Notes: generated by a model from the sequence alone, not told the origin. A stretch of 64,000 bases of DNA from Escherichia coli (GCF_016903815.1 NZ_CP069973.1); one strand, 5' to 3'; counted from the stretch's first letter, positions 27,849-41,811 are shown. Program-made: numbers and translations.

Positions 27849-29054
27849 ATGTCATGGCAGCAATTCAAACACGCCTGGTTGATTAAATTCTGGGCGCCCA
27901 TCCCCGCGGTCATCGCGGCGGGTATTCTCTCCACTTACTATTTTGGCATCACTGGCACCTTTTGGGCTGTCACAGGTGAATTTACCCGTTGGGGCGGTCA
28001 GCTCCTGCAGTTGTTCGGCGTCCATGCTGAAGAGTGGGGTTATTTTAAAATTATCCATCTGGAAGGATCGCCATTAACCCGCATCGACGGAATGATGATC
28101 CTCGGTATGTTTGGCGGCTGTTTTGCCGCAGCGCTGTGGGCCAACAATGTCAAACTGCGCATGCCGCGCAGCCGTATCCGCATTATGCAGGCCATCATTG
28201 GCGGTATTATCGCCGGTTTTGGCGCACGTCTGGCAATGGGCTGTAACCTGGCGGCGTTCTTTACCGGAATTCCACAGTTCTCGCTGCACGCCTGGTTCTT
28301 TGCCATCGCCACTGCCATTGGTTCATGGTTTGGCGCGCGCTTTACCCTTCTGCCCATCTTCCGTATTCCCGTGAAAATGCAGAAAGTTTCTGCTGCCTCA
28401 CCGTTGACGCAAAAACCGGATCAGGCGCGGCGTCGTTTTCGTCTCGGGATGCTGGTCTTTTTCGGCCTGCTGGGCTGGGCGCTGCTGACGGCGATGAACC
28501 AGCCCAAACTGGGGCTGGCAATGCTGTTTGGTGTCGGCTTTGGTTTACTGATTGAACGTGCGCAAATCTGCTTTACTTCGGCGTTCCGCGATATGTGGAT
28601 CACCGGACGTACCCATATGGCGAAAGCAATCATTATCGGTATGGCGGTAAGTGCCATCGGGATCTTCAGTTACGTACAGTTAGGCGTTGAACCCAAAATC
28701 ATGTGGGCGGGACCAAACGCGGTAATTGGTGGTTTACTGTTTGGTTTTGGCATCGTGCTGGCAGGCGGCTGCGAAACCGGCTGGATGTACCGCGCGGTAG
28801 AAGGCCAGGTGCACTACTGGTGGGTCGGTCTGGGCAACGTGATCGGCTCAACGATTCTGGCGTACTACTGGGATGATTTCGCTCCGGCGCTGGCCACCGA
28901 CTGGGACAAAATCAACCTGCTGAAAACCTTTGGCCCGATGGGCGGCCTGCTGGTGACATATTTGCTGTTGTTTGCTGCTCTAATGTTGATTATTGGCTGG
29001 GAAAAACGCTTCTTCCGCCGTGCGGCACCGCAGACTGCTAAGGAGATCGCATGA
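27849..29054 (+). CDS. yedE: YedE/YeeE-family inner-membrane transporter (selenium/sulfur-compound related)
   Basis: ORF 401 aa polytopic membrane protein MSWQQFKHAWLIKFWAPIPAVIAAGILSTYYFGITG. Confidence 0.88.
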   Translation: MSWQQFKHAWLIKFWAPIPAVIAAGILSTYYFGITGTFWAVTGEFTRWGGQLLQLFGVHAEEWGYFKIIHLEGSPLTRIDGMMILGMFGGCFAAALWANNVKLRMPRSRIRIMQAIIGGIIAGFGARLAMGCNLAAFFTGIPQFSLHAWFFAIATAIGSWFGARFTLLPIFRIPVKMQKVSAASPLTQKPDQARRRFRLGMLVFFGLLGWALLTAMNQPKLGLAMLFGVGFGLLIERAQICFTSAFRDMWITGRTHMAKAIIIGMAVSAIGIFSYVQLGVEPKIMWAGPNAVIGGLLFGFGIVLAGGCETGWMYRAVEGQVHYWWVGLGNVIGSTILAYYWDDFAPALATDWDKINLLKTFGPMGGLLVTYLLLFAALMLIIGWEKRFFRRAAPQTAKEIA

Positions 29055-29284
29055 AAAATATCGTTCCTGATTACCGTCTTGATATGGTGGGTGAACCCTG
29101 CCCTTATCCGGCAGTCGCAACCCTTGAGGCGATGCCGCAGTTAAAAAAAGGGGAGATCCTGGAAGTGGTGAGCGACTGTCCGCAGTCGATCAATAATATT
29201 CCACTGGATGCGCGTAATCACGGCTATACGGTGCTGGATATTCAGCAAGACGGGCCGACCATTCGTTATTTAATTCAGAAGTAA
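29051..29284 (+). CDS. yedF: TusA-like sulfurtransferase-fold protein YedF
   Basis: ORF 77 aa MKNIVPDYRLDMVGEPCPYPAVATLEAMPQLKKGEILEVVSDCPQS (CPxP motif); start overlaps the yedE stop. Confidence 0.9.
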   Translation: MKNIVPDYRLDMVGEPCPYPAVATLEAMPQLKKGEILEVVSDCPQSINNIPLDARNHGYTVLDIQQDGPTIRYLIQK

Positions 29285-29290
29285 TCCCTC

Positions 29291-29317
29291 ATTCCCGCTG
29301 TGGCCCACAGCGGGAAT
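29291..29317. repeat. Near-perfect 13-bp-arm palindrome between yedF and yedK
   Basis: attcccgctgtgg-c-ccacagcgggaat. Confidence 0.7.
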
Positions 29318-29392
29318 ATCGTTGCCTCTCTATCACATAGATTTAACCCGCCCCCTCTCCTATTCTTTTCAGTGTGACCTCAGGAGGTTTCT

Positions 29393-29819
29393 ATGTGTGG
29401 ACGCTTTGCCCAATCCCAAACGCGTGAAGATTACCTTGCGCTTCTCGCGGAAGATATTGAACGCGATATTCCCTACGATCCCGAACCTATTGGCAGATAC
29501 AACGTCGCGCCGGGAACCAAAGTCCTTCTGCTCAGTGAACGTGATGAACACCTTCATCTGGATCCGGTTTTCTGGGGATATGCTCCCGGATGGTGGGATA
29601 AACCGCCGCTGATTAACGCCCGCGTAGAAACTGCCGCAACCAGTCACATGTTTAAACCGCTCTGGCAACATGGTCGGGCAATCTGTTTTGCCGATGGCTG
29701 GTTTGAGTGGAAAAAAGAAGGCGACAAAAAGCAGCCTTATTTTATCTATCGTGCTGATGGACAAGCTGTTTTTATAGCCGCGATAGGTAGCACACCGTTT
29801 GAGCGTGGTGACGAAGCCG
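29393..29819 (+). pseudogene. yedK: yedK (SRAP / abasic-site-processing protein) truncated after about codon 142
   Basis: ORF 29393-29890 matches YedK MCGRFAQSQTREDYLALLAEDIERDIPYDPEPIGRYNVAPGTK...IGSTPFERGDEA, then diverges into an unrelated 23-codon tail at the IS-remnant junction; full-length YedK is about 222 aa as I recall. Confidence 0.8.
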
Positions 29820-30101
29820 GAAGAAGTTTTTGTAAGCCCGCTCAGGGTCTTTCAGTGACTGTTGCAATGGCTGTGAGGGCGAATCTTTAAGCCATTGCGT
29901 TTCAGTGGCATTTTTCCACTCAACCAACCAGGAAGCCATTTTCCCGTAAGGGATGTATTTATTACCGGCCTCATGATTCTCATTCTGAAGCGCCAGAGCA
30001 CGATTGAAAACGAAACGACATGCGCCTGCGAAGCGCCTCATTTCACGCTCCTGTTGACCACCTGGTCTTAACCGGAATTTGAATGCCTGTAGTCGTTTCA
30101 T
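29820..30101 (-). pseudogene. tnpB: tnpB N-terminal fragment (IS605 OrfB / TnpB-family)
   Basis: Only about 95 N-terminal residues are recognisable; RuvC-like and zinc-finger regions are absent. Confidence 0.7.
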
Positions 30102-30123
30102 GGGCCAAATCATACTTTGGCCT

Positions 30124-30481
30124 ATGAAAAAAGAAACCGATATCCGACGCGGAAGGCATTGTGTTTTCCTGAAGCATGTTCACCTAGTCTTCGTTACTAA
30201 ATACCGACGTCAGATTTTTGACCATGACGCGACAGAAAAACTACGCACTTACTTTTCAAATGTATGTGCTGATTTTGAAGCTGAACGGGTTGAAATGGAT
30301 GGCGGACCAGATCACGTCCATTTGTTAATTAACTATCCTCCCAAACTGGCGATATCCAGTCTGGTAAACAGCCTCAAAGGCGTATCGAGTAGGTTACTGC
30401 GACGAGATCGACCAGATATTGCAGTCAGGTATTACGACAAAGGCGTTTTGTGGAGTCCTGGCTATTTTGTCAGTAGCTGCA
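30124..30481 (+). pseudogene. tnpA: tnpA (IS200-type Y1 transposase), probably C-terminally truncated
   Basis: HUH motif HVHLL and a tyrosine in GYF are present; the C-terminal tail after VSSC is unrelated to the family; truncation is inferred from recalled family sequences. Confidence 0.6.
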
Positions 30482-30804
30482 TCTTAACGTATCAACTAGA
30501 TTTAATAACAACGATATCCGTACCTAACCGGATATCTAATGTCATAAGCATCCCTTTAATTATCCCCTCAACCTCTTGTAACTTTCCCACTCTTGAGCTC
30601 CACATAGTCCAAACGCCGGATGCAAAAAAATCACACGTGCATTTCTGAAATTGTGATGGAGGAAGATAGTATCAATTATATGTGCTTAGAAACGTCCCCG
30701 ATTAGCGCAGAAGTCACCGGATTGTTCAGACTCAAATAGGTTGAGTATGCCGTATTTATTTTCCAAAATAAAAATCGATGCTGTTGCTCCTTCATAAAAT
30801 ACTT

Positions 30805-31602
30805 TTACTCTCTGGACGCTTTTCTTAGCTCTCTTGGTGTTATCTTAAAACGATTATGGAACCTTTCAGTAAAACGAGAAGGACACTTGTAACCATTTTC
30901 CCTGGCAATCTCGCTGATGGGTTTTACTGTCGTTTGTATAGCAGACAACGCATTATTTAACCTCACGTCGTCCAATATACTTTGAAAACTTACTCCCTCG
31001 CTTGCCAGACGGCGATGCAATGTGGAAACAGAAATGTAGAGATATCTCGCTACCTTGTTTGCTGTCCATTTTGTTCCAGGTTCGGATAGCATTAGGTTAT
31101 AACAACGACTTATTAATGATTGTTTACTATCTGATAAAAGTAAACAATTAACATGATGTGCTCCTAATGAAAGTAGAACGCCCATTGCTAAGTGTTCCTG
31201 AATTTGCGTTGAGAAGCCTCGGGAAATAGATGTTTTTAGTTGCTCCCAACAATATATTAACTCGGGGTTCTGAGGTAAGCAGAAACCTGTCGTGTTACGA
31301 ATTTGATCAGTTATCGCATAAAATTTTTGAAACTTTTCAATTAGATCAATGGGATAATAAAGCATTTCTGCAAGATAAAGACCTGCTTCTGGATAATTCG
31401 CAATATAAAATTCATATCCACAGGGAAATAATATTATCTGATTATTATCAACAGTTAGACTATGCGTCTCCCAATTGATAACTTTTTTTCCCTGACGGAT
31501 ACGACATAAAGCTGGCATAAGAGGCTTAACCCTGTGAATCTCATGATGTTTATGCATCCGTATTTCTTCAATCTTTAGGTTAGTCTTATCTTTTGCCAGC
31601 AT
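30805..31602 (-). CDS. ybcM: AraC-family transcriptional regulator (YbcM-like)
   Basis: ORF 265 aa with a C-terminal AraC-type HTH ([40 protein letters not shown]); resembles the YbcM of the K-12 DLP12 prophage as I recall it. Confidence 0.75.
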   Translation of the reverse strand: MLAKDKTNLKIEEIRMHKHHEIHRVKPLMPALCRIRQGKKVINWETHSLTVDNNQIILFPCGYEFYIANYPEAGLYLAEMLYYPIDLIEKFQKFYAITDQIRNTTGFCLPQNPELIYCWEQLKTSISRGFSTQIQEHLAMGVLLSLGAHHVNCLLLSDSKQSLISRCYNLMLSEPGTKWTANKVARYLYISVSTLHRRLASEGVSFQSILDDVRLNNALSAIQTTVKPISEIARENGYKCPSRFTERFHNRFKITPRELRKASRE

Positions 31603-31611
31603 ACTCTTACC

Positions 31612-32163
31612 CTACTTTATCTCATAAACTGGTGTTATCTCAGCGGTTGCAATTTTATTGGCATTAAGCATATAACCAACTAACGCTCCGCTGGAATTAG
31701 AATCCACAGGAATTTTATCAGTTTTTAGAGCCCATACTTTAAACTGGTAATGATGGGGTTTATCTCCTTTGGGAGGACATGCTCCACCAAATCCTGCATA
31801 ACCAAAATCATTTCGGCCTTGAACAGCACCAGTCGGAAGTTTTGTACCATCACGTCTTCCTGCATCAGCGGGCAAATATGTTACAGTTGCTGGAATATTA
31901 GCAACAGTCCAGTGCCACCATCCACTGCCTGTAGGAGCATCTGGATCATACACAGTTACGGCAAAGCTTTTGGTGCCTTCAGGAGCACCAGACCAGGTTA
32001 ATGAGGGCGATGTATTACCACCTTCACACCCAAATCCAGAAAATACATGAGACGTTGTAAGTTGCTCTCCTGTTTTTATTTCATTACTAGTGACCTGAAA
32101 TGCTGCGGCCTGCGCAGAAAATGTTATGAATGCCAATACACTTGAAACGATAAGTTTTTTCAT
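31612..32163 (-). CDS. ybcL: PEBP/UPF0098-family periplasmic protein (YbcL-like)
   Basis: ORF 183 aa with signal peptide MKKLIVSSVLAFITFSAQA and PEBP motifs (DPDAP, GYAGFGGACPPKGDKPHHYQF). Confidence 0.8.
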   Translation of the reverse strand: MKKLIVSSVLAFITFSAQAAAFQVTSNEIKTGEQLTTSHVFSGFGCEGGNTSPSLTWSGAPEGTKSFAVTVYDPDAPTGSGWWHWTVANIPATVTYLPADAGRRDGTKLPTGAVQGRNDFGYAGFGGACPPKGDKPHHYQFKVWALKTDKIPVDSNSSGALVGYMLNANKIATAEITPVYEIK

Positions 32164-32331
32164 AAAAACCTCATTGTTGTGACCTATCGTTATTTTATTT
32201 GATGTGCCTTGATCTCATTATGCATAAAGGCGCAATGATCGCGCAAATGCAATCATAATTATAAAGGTGCCCCGAACATTAGCCATAATATGCACAAATC
32301 AGATTCCTGTTATCTCAAGGATAATTATTTT

Positions 32332-32664
32332 TTAATGCGGTGCACTTCGTGACAACAAGTTAATGACTAACACACCGGCACAAATCAACATCATGCCTAT
32401 GATAGCTGGCAGGTCCAGTCGTTGACCAAAAAATCCCCAGGAAAGCAAACTAATCAGAACGATACCGACGCCTGACCAGATAGCATAAGCAATCCCTGTA
32501 GGTATATAAGCCAGCGTCTGAGCTAATAACCAGAATGATGCACAATAGCAAATAATTGTGCCAACAGAGGGCCATAACCGTGTAAACCCCTCTGAAAACT
32601 TCATTAAGGTTGTACCAATGACCTCTGCAAGTATTGCGCCACCAAGATAAATATAAGGGTTCAT
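32332..32664 (-). CDS. emrE: Small multidrug resistance (SMR) efflux protein EmrE
   Basis: ORF 32332-32844(-); protein from MNPYIYLGGAILAEVIGTTLMKFSEGFTRLWPSVG is 110 aa and near-identical to EmrE, including the conserved Glu14. Confidence 0.88.
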   Translation of the reverse strand: MNPYIYLGGAILAEVIGTTLMKFSEGFTRLWPSVGTIICYCASFWLLAQTLAYIPTGIAYAIWSGVGIVLISLLSWGFFGQRLDLPAIIGMMLICAGVLVINLLSRSAPH

Positions 32665-33007
32665 AGCATATTCTTTCCTGTTCATACTGGAGAGAATTGT
32701 ACTACAGTTTGAACACAACTCACCGTTTTCATCCTGGTGTATGTGTATCCAGGGGGCTCTGGCGTGGCAAGAGATAAAGGCAGGAACAATAATGATCAGA
32801 AGGAACCCCAGGCTAACGAATGAGTTCACTCTTCCTGGGAGCAAAGCGAAGACAAAACATGTTATCGCGTTTACGGATCGTGGATGGCAGAAAACTTTCA
32901 GGATCAGGTATCCATTTTAAACCAGAAATTGAGTGAGTTTGCCCCATCCATGCCCCACGCTGTGGGACCGGATATAATAAACAAGCATAGTCAACAGGTT
33001 ACAAAAC

Positions 33008-33322
33008 CTACACCTGCATGGACATCACTTCCTGATACGCCGCCACCAGCTTATTACGCACCTGAATCCCCATTTGCATAGAAACTGAGGCTTTTTGCAT
33101 ATCGGTCATCACATCGTTTAGCGCCACGCCGGGCTCACCGAGGGTGAATTTTTCTGCCTGCGTGCGGGCGGCTGTTTGTGTATCGCTTATGCGATCGAGC
33201 GCGGCGTGCAGCTGCCCGGCAAAACTAATTGTCGGTTGCGGCAGTGATTCCTGCGCACGCGCACTCATCGCCGTGGTCTGTAACTGGCTGATAACCCCTT
33301 CAATCCCCTGTATCGCTGACAT
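33008..33322 (-). CDS. fliE: Flagellar hook-basal body protein FliE
   Basis: ORF 33008-33352(-); FliE begins [42 protein letters not shown]. Confidence 0.93.
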   Translation of the reverse strand: MSAIQGIEGVISQLQTTAMSARAQESLPQPTISFAGQLHAALDRISDTQTAARTQAEKFTLGEPGVALNDVMTDMQKASVSMQMGIQVRNKLVAAYQEVMSMQV

Positions 33323-33536
33323 TTTCATCTCCCGGATAATTTCTGGTAGCAAAGCCTACCAGTAAGTCAATAAGACAAAGGCGCTAAATAGCAACAAAAA
33401 AACGGGTTTATTGGCGGATAGAAAAAAACGAAAGCACAAATAATGGGAGCGTCAATTTTTCGAGTTTGCTGACCCGGGAGTGAGTCTTGTTCCACTTTGC
33501 CAATAACGCCGTCCATAATCAGCCACGAGGTGCGCG

Positions 33537-36861
<3,325 letters not shown>

Positions 36862-36862
<1 letters not shown>

Positions 36863-38235
36863 TGACCACGCGCCTGACTCGCTGGCTAACCACGCTGGAT
36901 AACTTTGAAGCCAAAATGGCGCAGTTGCCTGCGGTACGTCGCTACGGGCGATTAACCCGCGCTACCGGGCTGGTGCTGGAAGCCACCGGATTACAATTGC
37001 CGCTCGGCGCAACCTGTGTCATTGAGCGCCAGAACGGCAGCGAAACGCACGAAGTAGAAAGCGAAGTCGTCGGCTTTAACGGTCAACGGCTGTTTTTAAT
37101 GCCGCTGGAGGAAGTGGAAGGTGTCCTGCCCGGCGCGCGTGTATATGCCAAAAACATTTCGGCAGAAGGGCTGCAAAGCGGCAAGCAGTTGCCGCTCGGT
37201 CCGGCGTTATTAGGTCGTGTTCTGGACGGCAGCGGTAAACCGCTCGATGGCCTCCCCTCCCCCGATACGACGGAAACCGGTGCGCTGATTACCCCGCCAT
37301 TTAACCCATTGCAACGTACACCGATTGAACATGTGCTGGACACCGGCGTGCGCCCAATCAATGCCCTGCTTACCGTCGGGCGCGGGCAGCGTATGGGGCT
37401 GTTTGCCGGGTCCGGCGTTGGTAAAAGTGTGCTGCTGGGGATGATGGCCCGTTACACCCGCGCCGATGTCATTGTCGTGGGTTTGATTGGTGAACGAGGG
37501 CGCGAAGTAAAAGATTTTATTGAGAATATTCTCGGTGCCGAAGGACGTGCACGCTCCGTGGTGATTGCCGCTCCGGCGGATGTTTCTCCGCTCCTGCGAA
37601 TGCAGGGTGCCGCCTATGCCACGCGCATTGCCGAAGATTTTCGCGATCGTGGTCAGCATGTGTTGCTGATTATGGACTCCCTCACCCGCTACGCGATGGC
37701 CCAGCGTGAAATTGCGCTGGCGATTGGCGAACCACCCGCCACCAAAGGTTATCCACCGTCGGTGTTTGCCAAATTACCGGCACTGGTCGAGCGTGCCGGA
37801 AATGGCATTAGCGGCGGCGGCTCGATTACCGCGTTTTATACCGTGCTCACCGAGGGCGATGACCAGCAGGACCCCATTGCCGACTCCGCGCGGGCCATCC
37901 TCGACGGTCACATTGTGCTGTCTCGCCGACTGGCGGAAGCCGGGCACTATCCGGCTATCGATATTGAAGCGTCGATCAGCCGCGCAATGACGGCGTTGAT
38001 CAGCGAGCAACATTATGCGCGAGTGCGCACCTTCAAACAGCTGTTGTCGAGTTTTCAGCGTAACCGCGATCTGGTTAGCGTCGGTGCGTATGCCAAAGGC
38101 AGCGATCCGATGCTCGATAAAGCCATCGCCCTGTGGCCGCAGCTGGAGGGCTATTTACAACAAGGCATTTTTGAACGCGCGGACTGGGAAGCGTCTCTCC
38201 AGGGGCTGGAGCGTATTTTCCCGACAGTGTCATAA
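36862..38235 (+). CDS. fliI: Flagellum-specific ATPase FliI
   Basis: ORF 457 aa with Walker [12 protein letters not shown]. Confidence 0.95.
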
Positions 38236-38253
38236 CCCAGGAGATAACGGCAG

Positions 38254-38697
38254 ATGGCAGAACATGGTGCGCTGGCGACCCTGAAAGATCTGGCAGAAAA
38301 AGAGGTAGAGGATGCCGCGCGCCTGCTGGGTGAAATGCGTCGCGGATGTCAGCAGGCGGAAGAACAGCTCAAAATGCTGATCGATTATCAGAATGAATAT
38401 CGCAATAACCTCAATAGCGATATGAGTGCCGGGATGACCAGCAACCGCTGGATCAACTATCAGCAGTTTATCCAGACGCTGGAAAAAGCCATTACTCAGC
38501 ATCGCCAGCAACTTAATCAGTGGACGCAGAAAGTTGACATTGCCCTGAACAGCTGGCGAGAAAAGAAACAACGTTTGCAGGCCTGGCAGACACTGCAGGA
38601 ACGGCAATCCACGGCGGCACTGCTTGCAGAAAACCGCCTCGATCAGAAAAAGATGGATGAGTTCGCCCAGCGCGCCGCCATGAGGAAACCTGAATGA
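38254..38697 (+). CDS. fliJ: Flagellar export chaperone FliJ
   Basis: ORF 147 aa [34 protein letters not shown]. Confidence 0.93.
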   Translation: MAEHGALATLKDLAEKEVEDAARLLGEMRRGCQQAEEQLKMLIDYQNEYRNNLNSDMSAGMTSNRWINYQQFIQTLEKAITQHRQQLNQWTQKVDIALNSWREKKQRLQAWQTLQERQSTAALLAENRLDQKKMDEFAQRAAMRKPE

Positions 38698-39821
38698 TTC
38701 GCATAGCGCCCTTGATTACCGCTGACGTTGATAACGCCACATTGCCTGGCGGCAAAGCCAGCGATGCTGCACAAGATTTTCTCGCGTTGTTGAGCGAAGC
38801 ATTAACAGGTGAGGCAACAACCGACAAAGCGACTCCCCAGTTGCTGGTGGCAACAGATAAGCCCACGGCAAAAGGCGAGCCGCTGGTCAGCGATATTCTT
38901 TCAGACGCGCAACAAGCAGATTTACTGATCCCTGTGGATGAAACACCGCCTGTCATCAACGACGAACAATCCACATTAACACCGTTAACCACCGCTCAGA
39001 CGATAACGTTGGCTGCGGCGGCTGACAACAATACGGCAAAAGACGAAAAAGCGGATGATCTGAATGAAGACGTCACCGCAAGCCTGAGTGCCCTTTTTGC
39101 GATGTTGCCGGGTTTTGACAATACGCCCAAAGTGACTGATGCACCGTCAACCGTGTTACCGACAGAGAAACCAACGCTTTTCACAAAACTGACTTCTGCG
39201 CAACTCACTACAGCACAGCCTGATGACGGCCCCGGCACGCCAGCTCAGCCATTAACAGCGCTGGTAGCAGAAGCCCAGAGTAAAGCGGAAGTCATCAGCA
39301 CACCTTCACCGGTGACCGCTGCCGCCAGCCCGCTAATCACTCCACACCAGACACAGCCACTGCCCACCGTCGCCGCGCCTGTCTTGAGTGCACCGCTGGG
39401 TTCTCACGAATGGCAACAATCATTAAGCCAGCATATTTCGCTGTTCACCCGCCAGGGGCAACAAAGTGCAGAGTTGCGTCTGCAGCCACAGGATTTAGGT
39501 GAAGTGCAAATCTCCCTCAAAGTGGATGATAACCAGGCGCAAATCCAGATGGTTTCGCCGCATCAGCACGTACGCGCCGCCCTGGAAGCAGCGCTGCCGG
39601 TACTTCGTACGCAGCTGGCCGAAAGTGGCATTCAGTTAGGGCAAAGCAACATCAGTGGCGAAAGCTTTAGTGGCCAGCAGCAGGCCGCTTCCCAGCAACA
39701 GCAAAGCCAACGCACAGCAAACCATGAACCTCTGGCGGGGGAAGACGACGATACGCTTCCGGTTCCCGTCTCTTTACAAGGGCGTGTAACAGGCAACAGC
39801 GGCGTTGATATTTTCGCCTAA
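38694..39821 (+). CDS. fliK: Flagellar hook-length control protein FliK
   Basis: ORF 375 aa [24 protein letters not shown], Pro/Thr/Gln-rich. Confidence 0.93.
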   Translation: MIRIAPLITADVDNATLPGGKASDAAQDFLALLSEALTGEATTDKATPQLLVATDKPTAKGEPLVSDILSDAQQADLLIPVDETPPVINDEQSTLTPLTTAQTITLAAAADNNTAKDEKADDLNEDVTASLSALFAMLPGFDNTPKVTDAPSTVLPTEKPTLFTKLTSAQLTTAQPDDGPGTPAQPLTALVAEAQSKAEVISTPSPVTAAASPLITPHQTQPLPTVAAPVLSAPLGSHEWQQSLSQHISLFTRQGQQSAELRLQPQDLGEVQISLKVDDNQAQIQMVSPHQHVRAALEAALPVLRTQLAESGIQLGQSNISGESFSGQQQAASQQQQSQRTANHEPLAGEDDDTLPVPVSLQGRVTGNSGVDIFA

Positions 39822-39925
39822 CGTCAGAGGTAGCACCGTAATCCGCGTCTTTTCCCCGCTTTGTTGCGCTCAAGACGCAGGATAATTAGCCGATAAGCAG
39901 TAGCGACACAGGAAGACCGCAACAC

Positions 39926-40390
39926 ATGACTGATTACGCGATAAGCAAGAAAAGCAAGCGATCGCTTTGGATCCCGATTCTGGTATTCATTACCCTCGCG
40001 GCCTGTGCCAGCGCAGGTTACAGCTACTGGCATTCGCATCAGGTTGCCGCTGACGACAAAGCGCAGCAACGCGTCGTGCCCTCCCCGGTCTTCTATGCGC
40101 TGGATACCTTTACGGTCAATCTGGGCGATGCGGATCGCGTGCTTTATATCGGCATAACCCTGCGACTGAAAGATGAAGCAACCCGCTCGCGGCTGAGTGA
40201 GTATTTGCCGGAAGTCCGTAGTCGCTTGCTGTTACTGTTTTCGCGTCAGGATGCTGCCGTACTGGCGACAGAAGAAGGCAAGAAAAACCTGATTGCCGAG
40301 ATTAAAACCACACTTTCCACCCCGCTTGTTGCCGGGCAACCGAAACAGGATGTCACCGACGTGCTGTATACCGCTTTTATTCTGCGATAA
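39926..40390 (+). CDS. fliL: Flagellar basal body-associated protein FliL
   Basis: ORF 154 aa [32 protein letters not shown]. Confidence 0.93.
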   Translation: MTDYAISKKSKRSLWIPILVFITLAACASAGYSYWHSHQVAADDKAQQRVVPSPVFYALDTFTVNLGDADRVLYIGITLRLKDEATRSRLSEYLPEVRSRLLLLFSRQDAAVLATEEGKKNLIAEIKTTLSTPLVAGQPKQDVTDVLYTAFILR

Positions 40391-40394
40391 CGAC

Positions 40395-41399
40395 ATGGGC
40401 GATAGTATTCTTTCTCAAGCTGAAATTGATGCGCTGTTGAATGGTGACAGCGAAGTCAAAGACGAACCGACAGCCAGTGTTAGCGGCGAAAGTGACATTC
40501 GTCCGTACGATCCGAATACCCAACGACGGGTTGTGCGCGAACGTTTGCAGGCGCTGGAAATCATTAATGAGCGCTTTGCCCGCCATTTTCGTATGGGGCT
40601 GTTCAACCTGCTGCGCCGTAGCCCGGATATTACCGTCGGGGCCATCCGCATTCAGCCGTACCATGAATTTGCCCGCAACCTGCCGGTGCCGACCAACCTG
40701 AACCTTATCCATCTGAAACCGCTGCGCGGCACAGGGCTGGTGGTGTTCTCACCGAGTCTGGTGTTTATCGCCGTGGATAACCTGTTTGGCGGCGATGGAC
40801 GCTTCCCGACCAAAGTGGAAGGCCGCGAGTTTACCCATACAGAACAGCGCGTCATCAATCGCATGTTAAAGCTGGCGCTTGAAGGCTATAGCGACGCCTG
40901 GAAGGCGATTAATCCGCTGGAAGTTGAGTACGTGCGTTCGGAAATGCAGGTGAAATTTACCAATATCACCACCTCGCCGAACGACATTGTGGTTAACACG
41001 CCGTTCCATGTGGAGATTGGCAACCTGACCGGCGAATTTAATATCTGCCTGCCATTCAGCATGATCGAGCCGCTACGGGAATTGTTGGTTAACCCGCCGC
41101 TGGAAAACTCGCGTAATGAAGATCAGAACTGGCGCGATAACCTGGTGCGCCAGGTGCAGCATTCACAGCTCGAGCTGGTCGCCAACTTTGCCGATATATC
41201 GCTACGCCTGTCGCAGATTTTAAAACTGAAACCCGGCGACGTCCTGCCGATAGAAAAACCCGACCGCATCATCGCCCATGTTGACGGCGTCCCGGTGCTG
41301 ACCAGTCAGTACGGCACACTCAACGGTCAATATGCGTTACGGATAGAACATTTGATTAACCCGATTTTAAATTCTCTGAACGAGGAACAGCCCAAATGA
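40395..41399 (+). CDS. fliM: Flagellar motor switch protein FliM
   Basis: ORF 40293-41399; FliM begins MGDSILSQAEIDALLNGDSEVKDEPT. Confidence 0.93.
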   Translation: MGDSILSQAEIDALLNGDSEVKDEPTASVSGESDIRPYDPNTQRRVVRERLQALEIINERFARHFRMGLFNLLRRSPDITVGAIRIQPYHEFARNLPVPTNLNLIHLKPLRGTGLVVFSPSLVFIAVDNLFGGDGRFPTKVEGREFTHTEQRVINRMLKLALEGYSDAWKAINPLEVEYVRSEMQVKFTNITTSPNDIVVNTPFHVEIGNLTGEFNICLPFSMIEPLRELLVNPPLENSRNEDQNWRDNLVRQVQHSQLELVANFADISLRLSQILKLKPGDVLPIEKPDRIIAHVDGVPVLTSQYGTLNGQYALRIEHLINPILNSLNEEQPK

Positions 41400-41809
41400 G
41401 TGACATGAATAATCCGGCCGATGACAACAACGGCGCAATGGACGATCTGTGGGCTGAAGCGTTGAGCGAACAAAAATCAACCAGTAGCAAAAGCGCTGCC
41501 GACGCGGTGTTCCAGCAATTTGGCGGTGGTGATGTCAGCGGAACGTTGCAGGATATCGACCTGATTATGGATATTCCGGTCAAGCTGACCGTCGAACTGG
41601 GCCGCACACGAATGACCATCAAAGAGTTATTGCGTCTGACGCAAGGGTCCGTCGTGGCGCTGGACGGTCTGGCGGGCGAACCGCTGGATATTCTGATCAA
41701 CGGTTATTTAATTGCTCAGGGCGAAGTTGTCGTAGTCGCTGATAAATATGGCGTGCGGATCACCGATATCATTACTCCGTCTGAGCGGATGCGCCGCCTG
41801 AGCCGTTAG
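41396..41809 (+). CDS. fliN: Flagellar motor switch protein FliN
   Basis: ORF 137 aa MSDMNNPADDNNGAMDDLWAEALSEQK. Confidence 0.93.
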   Translation: MSDMNNPADDNNGAMDDLWAEALSEQKSTSSKSAADAVFQQFGGGDVSGTLQDIDLIMDIPVKLTVELGRTRMTIKELLRLTQGSVVALDGLAGEPLDILINGYLIAQGEVVVVADKYGVRITDIITPSERMRRLSR

Positions 41810-41811
41810 TG

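Larger units (their letters stand above)
29820..30481 (-). mobile_element. IS200/IS605-family element remnant (divergent tnpB and tnpA fragments, both apparently truncated)
   Basis: Minus-strand ORF 29772-30113 starts with a TnpB (OrfB) N-terminus MKRLQAFKFRLRPGGQQEREMRRFAGACRFVFNRALALQNE and stops after about 98 aa; plus-strand ORF 30079-30648 contains a TnpA Y1/HUH core (KHVHLVFVTKYRRQIF...DHVHLLINYPPKL...WSPGYFVSSC) that then diverges. Confidence 0.75.
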
